The notes under the pieces are model-generated. The model made no database searches. It was not told the origin of the DNA and was given only the letters and a program-made list of their open reading frames with translations. The translations under genes were made by a program, and so were the position numbers. A stretch of 64,000 nt of DNA from Moniliella sp. 'wahieum' (Eukaryota), in the NCBI GenBank assembly GCA_003971905.1, contig RSEE01000007.1, positions 248,001 to 312,000 on the forward strand, written 5' to 3'. Positions 1 to 13,028 of the stretch are shown piece by piece (the first letter of the stretch is position 1; the number at the start of each line of letters is the position of its first letter).

Positions 1-56
1 CCTAGCCAAAACAATGCACCAGCGCCAAGGGGCGTGGCAGGCGTGGCAACGTGAGA

Positions 57-1002
57 TCAGACATAGTCCTTGGTAAGATCGATGCCGAGATGGGTGTTTT
101 GAATTTTGGGTTGCGGGAAGAAGATTGGGCGGCGCCGCGTCCGCGACCCCTTCCGCGGCCGCGCGCCCTGCCCCCCCGCGCGCCGCGAGCGGCCAACGCC
201 TTGCTCTTGTCTCCGTGCATCATGCCCCCCGTGCCAAATGCGCTGATGGGCACCGAGGAGCTGGTAGAGGCCATCTCGGGTTCGGCATCCGCTGCCTGGA
301 TCGCCGCTTGGGTCACATGAGCCCGTACGAGCTCTTTGGGCAGTGTGAGGGAATGCCACAGTTCCTTGAATTCTGGTCGGAAGCCGAGTTAGTACCGGGG
401 CACAGCACACAAGGGCAGGGGGGTGCAGCGTGCCCGCACACCAACTAACTAACCTTCTTCCGGCGCCTTACATTCGGGGCCGCGGATGGGATTGTAAATG
501 ACGCTCTTGATCGCCGCCTCCTTGGGCTGGGAGTTGGTCAGACGTACGTCCCGCGCTTGCGGTGGCTGCCGCCACACCAAGATCGGTCGATCTTGACGCG
601 GCTCAAATTTGTCCAGCTGTTCTACCGCCTGCTTGGCCTCGGCCACGACTCGCGCAGATCGCCCAGTTTGATGGCCGGTTTGAGCGGCAGACGGGGACGT
701 TTGCGTGGGTCTCCCGAGCCAGGCGCCTCGGCGTAGCTGTCCCACCGCGACTTGAGCAGCTCCGCAATGTCCTGCGCTGATTTGATCGCATAATCCGGCT
801 TGTACGTCAGTGTGCCGTTGATCGGGTTGACCAGCACCCGCTCGTGGGCCACAAAGCGCTGGTACAGCCGCGACTGGCGCTGCAGCAGCGGCTCAAACCC
901 GGACCCTAGCTCCAGCGCAAAGTCCTCCAGCCGAACCGGGTTCGTCTCCGCCTTGAGTGCCTGCACAGCGCTGGCTAGCTGCACATTCTCGTTGAGATCC
1001 AT
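57..1002 (-). CDS. TFA2: Transcription initiation factor IIE beta subunit
   Basis: Stitched frames give MDLNENVQL...TYKPDYAIKSAQDIAELLK...IKLGDLRESW...EFKELWH...KIQNTHLGIDLTKDYV*, matching TFIIE-beta motifs (YKPxY-I-S, LxDLxESW, C-terminal NTHL...KDY). One intron near 370-455; several indels. Confidence 0.85.
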
Positions 1003-1753
1003 CACCGCCAGCGCAACGGAGAGCAGGGGCGGTGGTGGCACTGCCGGCAACGAGTGACGATGATACCGAGGAGGATACGAAATCCAAGCAGCAGCGGACG
1101 GGGGGCCTTACATATACTCTCATCCGCTGGTCGGATTGGCCAATGGATACAATGCTTGCTCTCGGCATAACCCTGGGGGCGTTCTGATCTAGGAAAGGGC
1201 CCCAAGTCAACAAAGCCACCCTTTTGCCCCCGCCTCAGGTCTTGCGCCCTCGGCCTTCAGATCCTCAGACCCCCAGGTGCCTCTAGCTGCCTCAGTTGTG
1301 TCTCTACATTGCATCAAGAGACTAGAAAAATGAAATGGTGAATGGGGGGCTCTACTCGTTGGTGAGGTGCGGCCTGGTCGTCCTGCAGTTGACGTTGACA
1401 ATCAGCACTGCCGTGTCAGACTACAGTTTGCCTCTGGCGCTCCGTCCTTCCTTGCCCTCATTCCGCTGCTCAAGTTGATGACGATGGCGGCTCTATTTCC
1501 CGAGCCTGGAGCGTCTGACCTGCGACATGGTGGAAACTATTAAAGCCTATAACCGACCTTGATCCCGCAGCTGGCACAGGAATGGCCAAGGCCAGAACAG
1601 CCGCTCTGGGCAGCAAAGCCAACAAAGGACAGGGAAGGTAGGTGCGAAGAAAAGTACGTTGAACTTAGGAGACCCATTCTAGATTGTTGCAAACATGCGA
1701 CACCTGGGCAGCCATCCAACGATAAACCGATTCCGGAGTAGGGAGCGCATACC

Positions 1754-3488
1754 CTAGAGGATGAAGGTAAGCGAAAGATCAATCGGGTGGCTCGAGGACA
1801 GCTGACATTGTTCACACACACCCATGTCAGTAGCAGCACCAAAGAGTAGCAAGGAAAGCCACGTACCTGGGGCTTTTGCGAGTACTTGTTGACCAACTCG
1901 TCACGCACTGCATTGAGTAGTTGCGAGTAGGTCAGGCGAGGGTACTTCTTCATCACGGTGATGAAGGCCCAAGAGCATGCACCGGTAGCCTTGTTGGCCT
2001 CAACGGCGTCCGCAGACGTTTGCGAATCTTTGCATCCCGAAAGCATGACCACATCGGCGCCAGAAGAACGCGTCTTCTTCGTAATACCCTCCGCCGATGA
2101 GGTGTTCTTGGCAGTCATCGCGGTCGATAGCAGGCCCTTGAACACACCGGTCATGTCTCCGCGAGCATAATCCATCGCGGCGCTCAGGACACCCTTGCCA
2201 ATGCCGGCCAAAACGTTGGGCTCCTTGATCTTACCGCTCGTTGCGTATACATAGGGCAAGTCCAGCACCGTGCCCGAGTGGCAAGAGTCAAAAATCGCCG
2301 TCAAGCGGCATCCAACAGGAAGAGGAGACACCAGGAGCTTGTGAAGCTCGTCGTCCTCCATCTGCCCAGCCCGCTCATAGTCCAAGGGAATGATGGTTTC
2401 GTTCATCCCGTCTGGTCACGCACGCCATTTTATCAGTACCAATTCCACTGCGCCGATAAGAGCAACATGACAACGTACCATCTTCGTCGCCGTCTTTCGC
2501 CTCGGCCTGGCCACCATGGCCAGAGTAGTGGAAGAACAGGGCATCGCCCGACTGTGCGCCGTTGACGAGCCAGTGCATGGCGGCGGTCATGTTGGAGCGA
2601 GTAGGCTTGTTGCGCGGGTTCTGGTCACGGTCGGTCAGGATGACCATGTCCTCCTGCTTGTACCCCCTGGACATGATGAACTTGATATTGTCCACGTCAT
2701 TCCAACAGCCTTTCAGCGCTGCACTGGACCCAGCGTAGTTGATCCCAATCAACAGCGCCTTGGCTTACCCGTCATGCTCGAGTATTCGTACTGCATACCG
2801 TTCTCCATCTTCTGCCCGTGGGGCGCTGGGTGTGCACTTCCTGGTTCTGGTAGGCCTCGGGACCAATGGGGCCGTCGCTGCAAATCCATGTCAATTATCG
2901 CTCCTAGCACGATCGCAACGTGAGGGATGATGCACTCACATCTGGTCACCCCAGCCAGGCGGAGGCCCAGGCGGAGGAGCGAATCCTCCGCCACTGCTGT
3001 GATGCTGGCCATATCCACCACCACTTTGCTGGCCATATCCACCACCACTTTGCTGGCCATATCCGCCACCACTTTGCTGGCCATATCCGCCGCCACCTTG
3101 CTGGCCAGGCGGAGGCCCAGGCGGCGGAGCGAATCCTCCGCCACTGCTGTGGTGCTGGCCATATCCGCCTCCGCTCTGCTGGCCATATCCGCCGCCAAAC
3201 CCGGGGGGTGGTCCCGAAGGCGGCGCAAATCCGCCGCCGGCACCGTACCCACCACTGGGGGCACCGTAGCCGCGGATGAGTTGGAGTAGCTGTCAGGCGG
3301 AGGTCCGGAAGGAGGGGCAAAGAAGCCGGGGTTGTCGTCATTGGCACGGTGGCTGTGCTGCTGGTGGCCGTAGCCTTGGGGAGCGTCTGAGGAGGAGCCC
3401 AGAAGCCGCTGGGTGCGGGGGAGGGGGGAGGGTCAGCCGGAGCCAGGGGGAGGAGAGAGCCGTGTACGAACCCGCCGCCGTAGGACAT
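1754..3488 (-). CDS. MCA1: Type I metacaspase with G/Q/Y/P-rich prodomain
   Basis: IGINY...LKGCWND, FFHYSGHGGQ (catalytic His), AIFDSCHSGTVLDLPY (catalytic Cys), SGCKDSQTSAD, YSQKPQ|intron|LSSSHPIDL...FIL*; start MSYGG at 3488. Confidence 0.95.
2955..3200 (-). repeat. Coding 24-bp tandem repeat (GGGYGQQS) within a larger duplicated block in the MCA1 prodomain
   Basis: Repeated tgctggccatatcc(a/g)cc(a/g)cc units; block encoding GQHHSSGGGFAPPPGPPPG present twice. Confidence 0.9.
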
Positions 3489-4110
3489 GGTGAAGTTGGT
3501 GGTTGCAAGACGGGGAGGTTAGGGGGTGCTTCTGGGGTGCCACGTCGGGGGGGGGGGGGGGGGGGCGAGTAGGAGGGGCATAATGGGCAGGAATGTGGTT
3601 GAGCATGGGCACTGGGCGAGTATGAGGGCGCAGTGGGCTGCTGCGCACGGGCCTGGGTAGCGCCCACCACACACTGCGCTGGTACCCGGTGGGCACCGCC
3701 AATCGGCGCTGCAGGGGGCGGCCGCCGAGTGGCTGCACCACACCCTTGCGCCTGCCCGCCGCAGAGGCCGCAGTGCGCGCAGTGCGGGGAGCGTGGGTGT
3801 GTGGGACACGTGACGCACAGCCCCCTCGCTACCCGGCACAAGCCCCTGTGCCACGCGCCTGTGCCGCCAAGCTTCACGCGTGCCGTGCGTCACGCCGCCC
3901 TGCCTGCTCTCCCAGCGCCAGGCCCGCGTAGTGCGCAGCGTGTTGCTCGCCGCTTCTCTGCGCTAGAAAGAAGGCACCTCTGTAGCATGCAGCAGACAGC
4001 ACACCTCACCAGAAAGAACCAACCCAGCGTAGCAAGACGTCGTTGGTAGTTGTGCCCTCGCCCCCCTCGATCCTCCCACCGGATGGCATCCAGTCGCAAC
4101 AGACGTGATG

Positions 4111-4330
4111 CATGACGCGTGACGCGTGACGCGTGACGGTACACGCTGTACATCCGGCTACATCAGAGGGGTCGCGTCAGGCACTAACCCTACGCGTGGT
4201 GCCGTCGATGCCCGACGCGGCGAACCCTAGCGCAGGCTAGAGTACATTTCAAAGCCAGCGGTGGGCGTGGCTGGCGCTCACAAGCAGAAGCCAGACGTTG
4301 CGGGCGTCGCGTCGCGTCACGTCGCGTGCG
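4111..4330. promoter_or_regulatory. Cluster of MCB-like ACGCGT/ACGCGA elements in the divergent MCA1-ELG1 intergenic region
   Basis: ACGCGT at 4115, 4122, 4129 (7-bp tandem) and 4192; several TCGCGT at about 4306-4327. Confidence 0.5.
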
Positions 4331-4421
4331 GCGCCGTGCCTCAGCAGCACGCCGTCACGCAGCCACACCGCCCGCCGGCCACCGCTGCTGCCCAGCCTCC
4401 ACTGGCGGGTGCCCACACCCC

Positions 4422-7400
4422 ATGTCCACCTCGACGCCCTCTGGGCCGCCGGCGCGCCCCGCCGCCCACACCCGACCCCCCGCCTCCCCGCCCGCCTTCC
4501 GCCCCGCCGCCCCCATCGCCCGCACCTGCCTGCCATCCGCACCTGCACTTCCATCTGCGCCTCCATCCGCACCCGTCCTCCATCCGCTCCCGCTCCCGCT
4601 CCCCGCTCGCCCCTTGGCCCAGCCGAGCGATGGCCCATGTCCCTCCTTTGCCTCCGCCTCCCCATCTCCCGGGCCTCGCCCTCCTCCCTTGCCCCGCCGG
4701 CTCCCTGCTCCCCATCGGCCCCGTGTTGACCAGCACCTCGCGTTCCCCCGGGTGGCCCGCCCGATGTCTCTCTCCCCCTCGCCCTACCATGCTGTCCCTG
4801 CCTCAGGCTCCCTGCCCGCACCCCCGCACCCGGGCCAGTCTTTCACCCCCCCCCCTGGCGCCGAGCCTGACCCCCTCGCCTGGCTCTGGCCCTTGCTCTC
4901 CTCGGCCATCGACCCGCCACCCAGCTCGCTGTCGCCGCGCCTGGTCCCACCCCGCGTCCGGGCCGCCTGGTTCTCCGCCGTCCAAGCCAATCTGGAAAGC
5001 CCCTCTCACCCACCCCGTTTGGTCTTCCTCCTTCCAGTCCAGTCCTGGGCCAACGTGGGTGTTCATCCGATCTCCTAACCGACAAGTGGCGGCCCCTTCA
5101 TGCCGACGAATGCCTCGCCAACGAAACGGCCGCTCATTTCTTGGCCAAGGTTCGCTTCGGCCCGTGTGCAACCCCAATCTGGACTGGAATCAGTCCTGCC
5201 TGGCTTGGACAACGGCGCTGCACCCTTCCTCTCTTCCCCAGCACTTGGCCCTGCCAACTCCTAATTGGGCAAAGGAAACGGATGCGAACTCACAAGCAAA
5301 CACCTCCTGCCTCCTCTAACGCGTCGCCACTTCGTCTCGTTGGGGCCCGACCAACTTGTAGGGGACACAGCTGAGTCGCCTGGCCTTCCCTTGCGCCCCC
5401 CTCGTCTGAGAAGGGCACGTTCCCGCACTTTCGGTGGCGGGGCCGCCGTCGTCTCTAGCAGCAGCGATCGTCCCTCAGCTTCCCAACTCCCCCACCCCTG
5501 ATCGGGACGACTCACTCCCGTACCCCGACACCATTCACCTGACCTACTCACCCCCATGTCCTCCCCATCGGCCCCGCAGTTCCCCGGCCGTTCTGAAAGG
5601 GAAGAATCCGTGCCTCCCATCTCTGTGACTCGGGATCCCAGCCCTATGTGGAGAATGCGAGACCTACTGGTCGACCTACTCGCCGAGCTCGTCAACTGGC
5701 TGCCGAACGACAATCCGAGCTGGCCCGTCTTGATGCCGAGGCGGAGGAGGAGCGCATGGCCATGGCGAGGAAGAAGCGCACTCACGGACTGAAGGGCGGG
5801 GCGGTAGTTCTAGTTCTAGTTCTAGGCGCAGCCCCCCGAGTCACCCATGCGCCCACCATCTCAACGCTCGCTGCTTCAACGCCCACGCCCACCAACCTAC
5901 TTCCACTCTTCCCCTTGATCCGTTGGACGACCCAAAGATGAACACTGTTTGCTCCGCGGCAGAAGATGCGGTCTCCCGGATCAAAAAACGACGAACAGTG
6001 AGCGACTTGGTCAGGCACCTTTGTCGGAGGCAGTGCCCCCCGTACCTTCTATCGTGCCTGAGGAGACTGAGGAAGTGACCATCGTCGAGACGAAGGGAAC
6101 GCCTTGCCGTGGCACCGAGTCCTCGCCACCTCCACGCCTTCGCGAAGAACAGGGTGCGACTTCACTCCAGCCAGTCCAATCGGACCCGCTTACGTCTCCC
6201 TTGATCCGAGCCACTCGACCTGCACGTACCTTCCGCCTTGTCCCTAGCAGTGCCGAGCCAAGCAGCGATCCGGCTGGTCCAAGGTCCGAGCAGGAATTGG
6301 GAGGATCCCATTCTCCCATCAAACCCAGCACCCCTAGGCCCACAGGCGAGGCACCCGCCTACCTACCACCACTACTTCGCCTTTGCCTCCCGCCCAGCGC
6401 CCGGGCGTCGCCGTTCTCTACGGTCCCTCTGGGGTGGGCAAGAGCGCGTTGGTGTATGCAGCGGCGGCACAGGAAGGGTTTGAAGTGCTTGAGCTTGGCC
6501 GGGCATGGGACGTCGGACGGGCCAAGCTCTGGATGCAATGTTGGGCGAAGCAACTCGCAACCATGTTCTTGGCCCGATTGGCAGAAGGGGGTTCACTCCC
6601 ACACCCCTTTCGTCCCGTACCAGTCGCGCCTTCAAGCCTGGTACCTCGGCCTCCGTTGCGCCTCTTAAAAAGGGGGCATTAATGGCAGCCTTTGCCAGAG
6701 CCCAAAAATCCGCACCTGCATCGACTCCCGCCTCGCACTCCTCCACCCCCGCCCCGCCTCCCTGCAGCCGGCCCGCCCAATGCAAAACCGGCGACTAAGA
6801 ACTTAATGAGCTGGTTTGGCAAGAGCAAGAGCCCAGACACCTTGTTCCTGGTTCCGAACTGCGCGCGGATCTGCTAGGCCGCAGGAGAACGAGGATCTGC
6901 CCCCTCGTTCTGCTTCTCGGGAATTGGGCCAAGCCGACTCCCCCATCGAAGTGGATCGCCCGAAGAGGTAGACCCTGTGGATGAGGCCCAACCAGACCCG
7001 CATGCTGCCAAGCGGAAGAGAAGATAAGGAAGGAGGTGGTACGTTGGGCATGTCAGGGCGTCGCAGCATCCCTCTGTGACTTCTTCCGACGACGAGGGCC
7101 CGGTCGGCCGGAATCGCCCAAGGTGAAGCAGGTCGTCTTTCTCCTCGATGAGGCGGACATTCTCTTTGATGACGATCGCGGCTTTTGGGCCGCGGTGGCC
7201 GACTTGACCACCAAGTCCCAGCGGCCCGTAGTGATCACCTGCAACAGTCTGGAACAAGTTCCTCTCGGCCTGCTCTACCGTCCCCAGCTCATCCCCATCC
7301 ACGCCCCCGCTGAACCTGTGGGGCGAGCGTACTTGGCAGCCGTGGCGTTGGCTGAAGGCAAGCGGCTCCCCGACGCTGTGGCCTCGCTTGTGGAAGGCCT

Positions 7401-8705
7401 GCGCTCCCTATCCCGCTGACGCGGCGGCCTATTTAACTGCTCTTCCTCATGATGGGCTCTTGTCGGCGGGCACGACGTTTTATGCCGACGTTCCCGGGGG
7501 CGTGGACCTCCGCAAAGCTGATGGACTTGCAGTCTCGCCCGCCAGCCTCGGCCCCTAGTATCCACCCCGACCGCGTCCAGGCACTGTACCTCCCTCTTCC
7601 CCGCCACCGACCTCATTTCCTTGGCGAAGCAGGCAGACCAGGTATCTTGGGTTGATGCCACGATGACCCTTCCAGCTGATATGGAGCTTGAGGTATGTAG
7701 AACCATTCCATTCTTCTCCTGTGGGATTCTATGACTACACGGCACTGCTCACTCAGTTGCAACTGGGCCAAGCGGCCCCGCTCGCTCGCAATGCCGCCGA
7801 GGTGACGGGTAGCGATGTTCCTACGGGCGGAGCCGATGAGGTCACTCTCCGTCACGGCCAGTGGCTGGTCGAGATGGAAGAACCGGTAGAACGAAAGTTT
7901 CTTCTGCTGCCCGAGCTGCCCAGGTGGCAAGCGATTCGCTCGGCGCAAGCGTACGCGGCTCAGGCTGTCCTTGGGCCATGCGACTGGGACAGTGCGGGAT
8001 TGCGATTGATGCGATCGCGATGGATCCAGCAGGTTGTGCAGGCTCTTCGGGTTCCGATAGCTTCCGCTTCACCGCAGCGGAAGCGGCGACGGAGTATATG
8101 CCTGTGCACCGGTTGGCCCAGCTCGACACGCAGCAAAGCGACCTGGCCCAGGAAGCGGTTTGGATTCTGGACCGTGCGCTGATGCTCGTCACGGGCCCGC
8201 GTACCAACCCGGCGCGGAGCATGCGCGCCAAGGCGCCGTCCCCGCCGTCTTGGTCGCTGCCTCGCTCCGGCACCATGAGCGCAAGATGGCCCCGGGCTGC
8301 CTCAGCGTACCGACCGAGTCGAATGTACCGTCCCTACCGGGCCCGTTGGCGCGGATCGTTGCCGTGGCGAGCCAGCGCGCTGCCCGGCCCGGACGGGGCA
8401 CGCAGCGTGCGCTCCTTGCCCGTCTGACCGGATGGAAAGCCGAGTGTTACCCCTACGTGCCGCACCTCTGGCTCGATGGTGCGCCACCGCAGCGCGCGAA
8501 TGGGCCGGGCGGGCCGGGCGCGGCGGCGCACACCGCCGAGTTGGACTTGGAGACCAAACGTACGCCCTCGCATACGCCCGCGGACGATTGGGGCGAAGAA
8601 GAAGAGGACCGACGAGCTCACGAGGAGGAGGTGGCGTGGCTTCGTCGCTTGGCACAGCAGGCACAGTGGCGCGAGGAGATTGTAAACTGTGCGCTGGTGC
8701 TGTGA
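4422..8705 (+). CDS. ELG1: ELG1/ATAD5-like RFC clamp-unloader large subunit (AAA+); start uncertain
   Basis: Walker A VLYGPSGVGKSALVYAAA-QEGFEVLE, GEATRNH, Walker B FLLDEADILFDDDRGFWAAV, RPVVITCN; C-terminal EYMP...LAQLD motif; many indels. The 5' part (4422-5550) could be a separate gene. Confidence 0.8.
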
Positions 8706-9209
8706 TAGCCCATGCGAGCTCCGTCTGCTTGCCTGGTTGCCATGGCCGCGTTCCACTCGGAAGGTGCGTGGGCGTGTTTGCTGGCGCCTTTTTTGGTAAT
8801 GCCTATCATAATCTTGGCGCTTGCATGTCCGAGAGTGCGTGGGTCTTAGATCGTAGATCCCTCCGCCACAGAGCGCCTGGCCTCCATCCCACTCTGTCTT
8901 GCTTCTTCCAGCTCGGTTGTACGGTGGGCTGCGACAGCGTCTGTATTAGTTTCTCGCCAACGAGCGCTCGGAAAAGGTGCATATATATCCTGGCAGCGCC
9001 CCATGGCAGCGCCCAGCCCTCACCAACGTCAAGTTTAACGTTTAACTCATTAAACTCCCATTCCGCCCGGGCGGAAACGCGTGGGGCGGCTGTGGCCTCG
9101 TCAGCGCGTCAGCTGGGCTGCCTTGGCTGGTTGCCTTGCCCCGCCGTCAGCGTCAGCCCGCCCCCCCCCACCGCCTTCCCCCCCGCCGCACAGCCGCACA
9201 CCCGCCACG

Positions 9210-9885
9210 ATGAGTATTATGGAGTACAATGGAGGCTCGGTCATTGCGATGACCGGCAAAAACTGTGTGGCGATCGCGACCGACTTGCGTCTGGGCAACC
9301 AGGCGCTCCTCGTGAGCAACACTTTCCCCAAGGTGTTTAGCATCACGCCCAAGGCCTATGTTGGCCTCCCTGGGCTCGCCTCCGATGTCGACACGCTCAG
9401 GACATTGTTCCGGCAACGCACCAATCTGTACACCATGAAGGAGAACCGGGAGATTGAGCCCTACACGCTTGCCAGCTGGTTAGCTCCACCTTGTACGAGC
9501 GCCGGTTCGGCCCTTACTTTGTCGAGCCCGTCGTGGCGGGTTTGGACAAGGACAACAAGCCCTTCATCACCTCTATGGACTTGATTGGCAACATGACCTT
9601 GCCCAAGGACTTTGCCGTGGCTGGCACCGCATCGGAAACCATGTTTGGCATGGCTGAGGGCTTGTGGGAACCCGATCTCTCGCCCGACCAGCTGTTTGAG
9701 TCCATCTCCCAGACCATCATGGGCGCACTGGAGCGCGACGCGCTCTTGGCTACGGGATCTTGGTCCGAGTCATGTACGTTTTTTTTCACGCTCTTGCTCT
9801 TCTCTGCATTGTGGGACTGACTTTGGGTTTCGGTAGCACCCCGGACAAGGTTATTGAGCGGACACTCAAGTCGCGGCAAGACTAA
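9210..9885 (+). CDS. PUP3: 20S proteasome subunit beta-3
   Basis: MSIMEYNGGSVIAMTGKNCVAIATDLRLG...LYERRFGPYFVEPVVAGLD...DLIG...EGLWEPDL...|intron|TPDKVIERTLKSRQD*. Confidence 0.97.
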
Positions 9886-10680
9886 GCCTTGGATCGTTGT
9901 CCCCTTGCCCCCGACAATCATACTGCATATTGAAGCATACCCATGCCCCATTATGGGGATAGTCGATAGCGTCGATTGCAAAACCAAGGTGGTTGATCCT
10001 TCGGATCTCTCTCCAGCGGTGCATGCTTGTCTTATGAGCCGAGGATAAGGTCCCTCCCATGAACTTTCAGATGGTTGGAGGGTAGCAGAGCCTCACTTGG
10101 GACAGGGCTCCATTCGACTTCCCACACCCATACTTCGCCCCCCTTGGGCCTGGCCAAGGAGTGCGTCTACTGCTCGGCTGTCCCTTCTCGTAGAGGCCAC
10201 GGCCAAGCCACAACTATTACCACAGCAAGATGGAGGTCAGTTCAAACACACCGCCGCAGTGGCGGCGGCGCACTTCCACCGCGCCTTGAGCAAAGCCGCA
10301 ACAGCCGTGAGATCATAGCCAGCCCAGCGCCGAGATCAGGTTGCCGGGGGAGGCGGAAAGTGAGTAGCTGTGCAATGAGGAATGAGGGTAGCGATGTTCG
10401 AGCGAGAGCGAGTACTCCGATGGCCGATGGCATAGCAGGCCCAATAGTTGAACATTGAAAGTTGAATGTAATCTCTAAAGGCGAAGTTGAAACTTGCAGA
10501 TGGCTCCGCAGCGCCAGGGCCACCGCCACTGCAGGTGGACGCGACGCGGCCCATTTATTTCATCGAATTTCCAGGGCCACCCGCACCGCTCTTGACCCTC
10601 TCATCTCATCGTCATCGCACCCCTCCTCGTGTCTTCCATCGGGGCAGGCAGGATCCTCGCCTCGTCTCTCCTCCCGGCCC

Positions 10681-12698
10681 ATGTCGCAGCTCCTGTCGCC
10701 TTCGGCGTCCCTCGCCCCCCCTACACAGGACAGCCAGGCGCCCCAGTCCTCTACCGGCCAGCGGTACCCGGCCATCAAGGGCTACCACCTCACCCGTCTT
10801 CTCGGTGGCGGTGGCTTCAGCCGTGTGTACAAGGCGGTCAACCCGGCCGCACGCCCCCCCGAGGCGGCATGCAAGGTCGTTTCGTATGCGCCCATCGTTC
10901 CTGGCAGATCCGGCCCCCGGCACGCACCGAACCCCAAGCGCTGCAGAAGGAGGTACAGATCCACTCGCTTCTGAAGCACGTCCATGTCCTCCGCTTCTCG
11001 GCGCAGAGGAATATGGAACCAAGTCGGCGCGGCGGCAGCTACGTTCCAGGACTCTACATGCTTCTTGAGTACGCTGCGGGTGGAGATTTGTTTGACAAGA
11101 TCTCCCCTGACGTTGGCGTCCCTGAAGAACTTGCCCAATTTTACTTCCGCCAACTCGTGGCGGGTTTAGAGTATATCCATGGTCAAGGTATCGTCCATCG
11201 GGACATCAAACCCGAAAATTTGCTCCTCTCTGCCGATGGTGACTTGAAGATTGCCGACTTTGGTCTGTGCAGCGTCTACCGCTACAAAGGCAAGGAACGC
11301 GCGCTCAAGGGTGCATGTGGCTCGCTGCCCTACATTGCGCCTGAGATGAATGGAACCCCGTACCATGGCGAGGGTGTCGACGTGTGGTCTGCCGGAGTTG
11401 TTCTCTTTGCCCTTCTGGTGGGAAACACACCTTGGGACGAGCCAACCAGCTATGCTCCGGAATACAAAGCCTATGTTCGCGGTCATCTACTCAAGCATGA
11501 GCCTTGGTGCAATATCCCTGAGGTACCATTAGGTATGTTTCTTTTGGCTCATTACCTCGCCGTGCTGCTGCTGGTCCCCACCTGACTCTTAGCTCTCCAG
11601 ACTTGCTCACATCCATGTTGGATCCCAATCCCGCGGCGCGCCTCACGTTGGCCCAGATTCAGCAGCACCCCTGGTTCGTACGACCCAACCCTTTGATCGA
11701 AGGACGACCAGCCAGGAAGAACGCACGGGAACTCTTGTTGAGGCTTTGATGGGTTCCTTGATCCAAGGAGGGAATTTGCCTTTGACACTGGATCTTCATC
11801 CAGATGGACAACGTGCCCAGCCCATTGCCATCCCCGCCGCCTCGCAACCCAGTGCGCTCAGCTCGCATCACCACCCGCTCGGTTCCCACGCGGAGGATGC
11901 GATGGATCTGGATACCGAGTCGGCTCCGTTGCCATTGCCCCCGGCCAGTATGTCTCTGGCGGGCTACGGCTCCTTGTCCCAAGGGGCCCCGGCGGTGGGG
12001 TGGCCATGAGTCAACTCGGAGCCCGCCGCCGGGCAACGTTGACCCAGAACCCGGGGGCGACCCAGTTCCAAGCCCTGTGGGCTGGTATGACCCAATGGAC
12101 TGAGGTGGCTGGCCACGCGGCGCGCTTCAGCGCCCAGACCACTCGCTTCTTCTCGGCCAGTGAGTCGTGGCAGGTGGTTTCGGCTGTGATGCGGGTCCTA
12201 CGGGACAAGAAGGCAGAGACCAAAGTCTACGCCTTGGACCCTCGGCCCTCTGCTGACGGGGAGGAAGATCTGCCTGGCTCATCTGAGCATCAACGGCGAA
12301 TCGACTTGCAGCATCAAGTGGATATGGAAGGTTTGGTGACCAGCATGCGCGCTCTCACTCCCCCAGCTTTGCCACCTCACTCGGAGCAGCTTACCCAGGA
12401 AGAGTTGGCGTGGCGCCGTTTGCTCGACGCCTCGTCCTCTTCTTCTTCGGAGGAAAGCTCATCCGCCCCAGGCTCGTCCTATCGACCTCGTGGTGCGCGT
12501 ATCATGGTGGCCCTCACCGACCAGCGCAAGTGCCACCTAATGGGAAACGTATGGGTCGACCCGCGGGCCCGCGTCAACGTGGCGTCATCAAATCCCTCGT
12601 TTTTTGATAGGTCGTCCGGATCGCCGCTCGAATGGCGCCGTTTGTTCAAGGCCATGCTGGACGACCCGGCCATCGCCCAGTCACTGGTACCCATGTAG
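10681..12698 (+). CDS. CHK1: Checkpoint kinase Chk1
   Basis: GGGGFSRVY, GGDLFDKISPDVGV, HRDIKPENLLL, DFG, GACGSLPYIAPE, TPWDEPT; C-terminal RFSAQTTRFF and GSPLEWRRLFK motifs typical of Chk1. Intron about 11533-11600. Confidence 0.93.
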
Positions 12699-13028
12699 CT
12701 GCGACCACAATATCTCACTTCAATATTGGTATCTACCTCACTTATCGGCCGGGCGGTGCCACTGTAGATCGGAAGGGGAAAGGAGGTACGGACTCTCAGG
12801 CGCCCGCCGAAACTTGTAGGAGCTGTAAAAAGCTACCACCCTGGTAGTTGTGGTATGGGGCATGGATTTGAATGTGGCCAAGCCCAATATAGATAACGCG
12901 TGGAAGAGGCGAATGAGCCCCATGGCAGGACGTGGGGGAAGGAGGAGCTGGGTTAGTCTCAGAGATTGAGGGAAGCAATGGGAGAAGCACAGGGAGCACA
13001 CTGGGATATATAATCAACATTGGGTTTC

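Noticed and set aside
2955..3200. CRISPR-like appearance of short direct repeats (also 33564-33632 and 62640-62715)
   Set aside because: No unique spacers, eukaryotic context; explained by a coding repeat or transposon-internal repeats.
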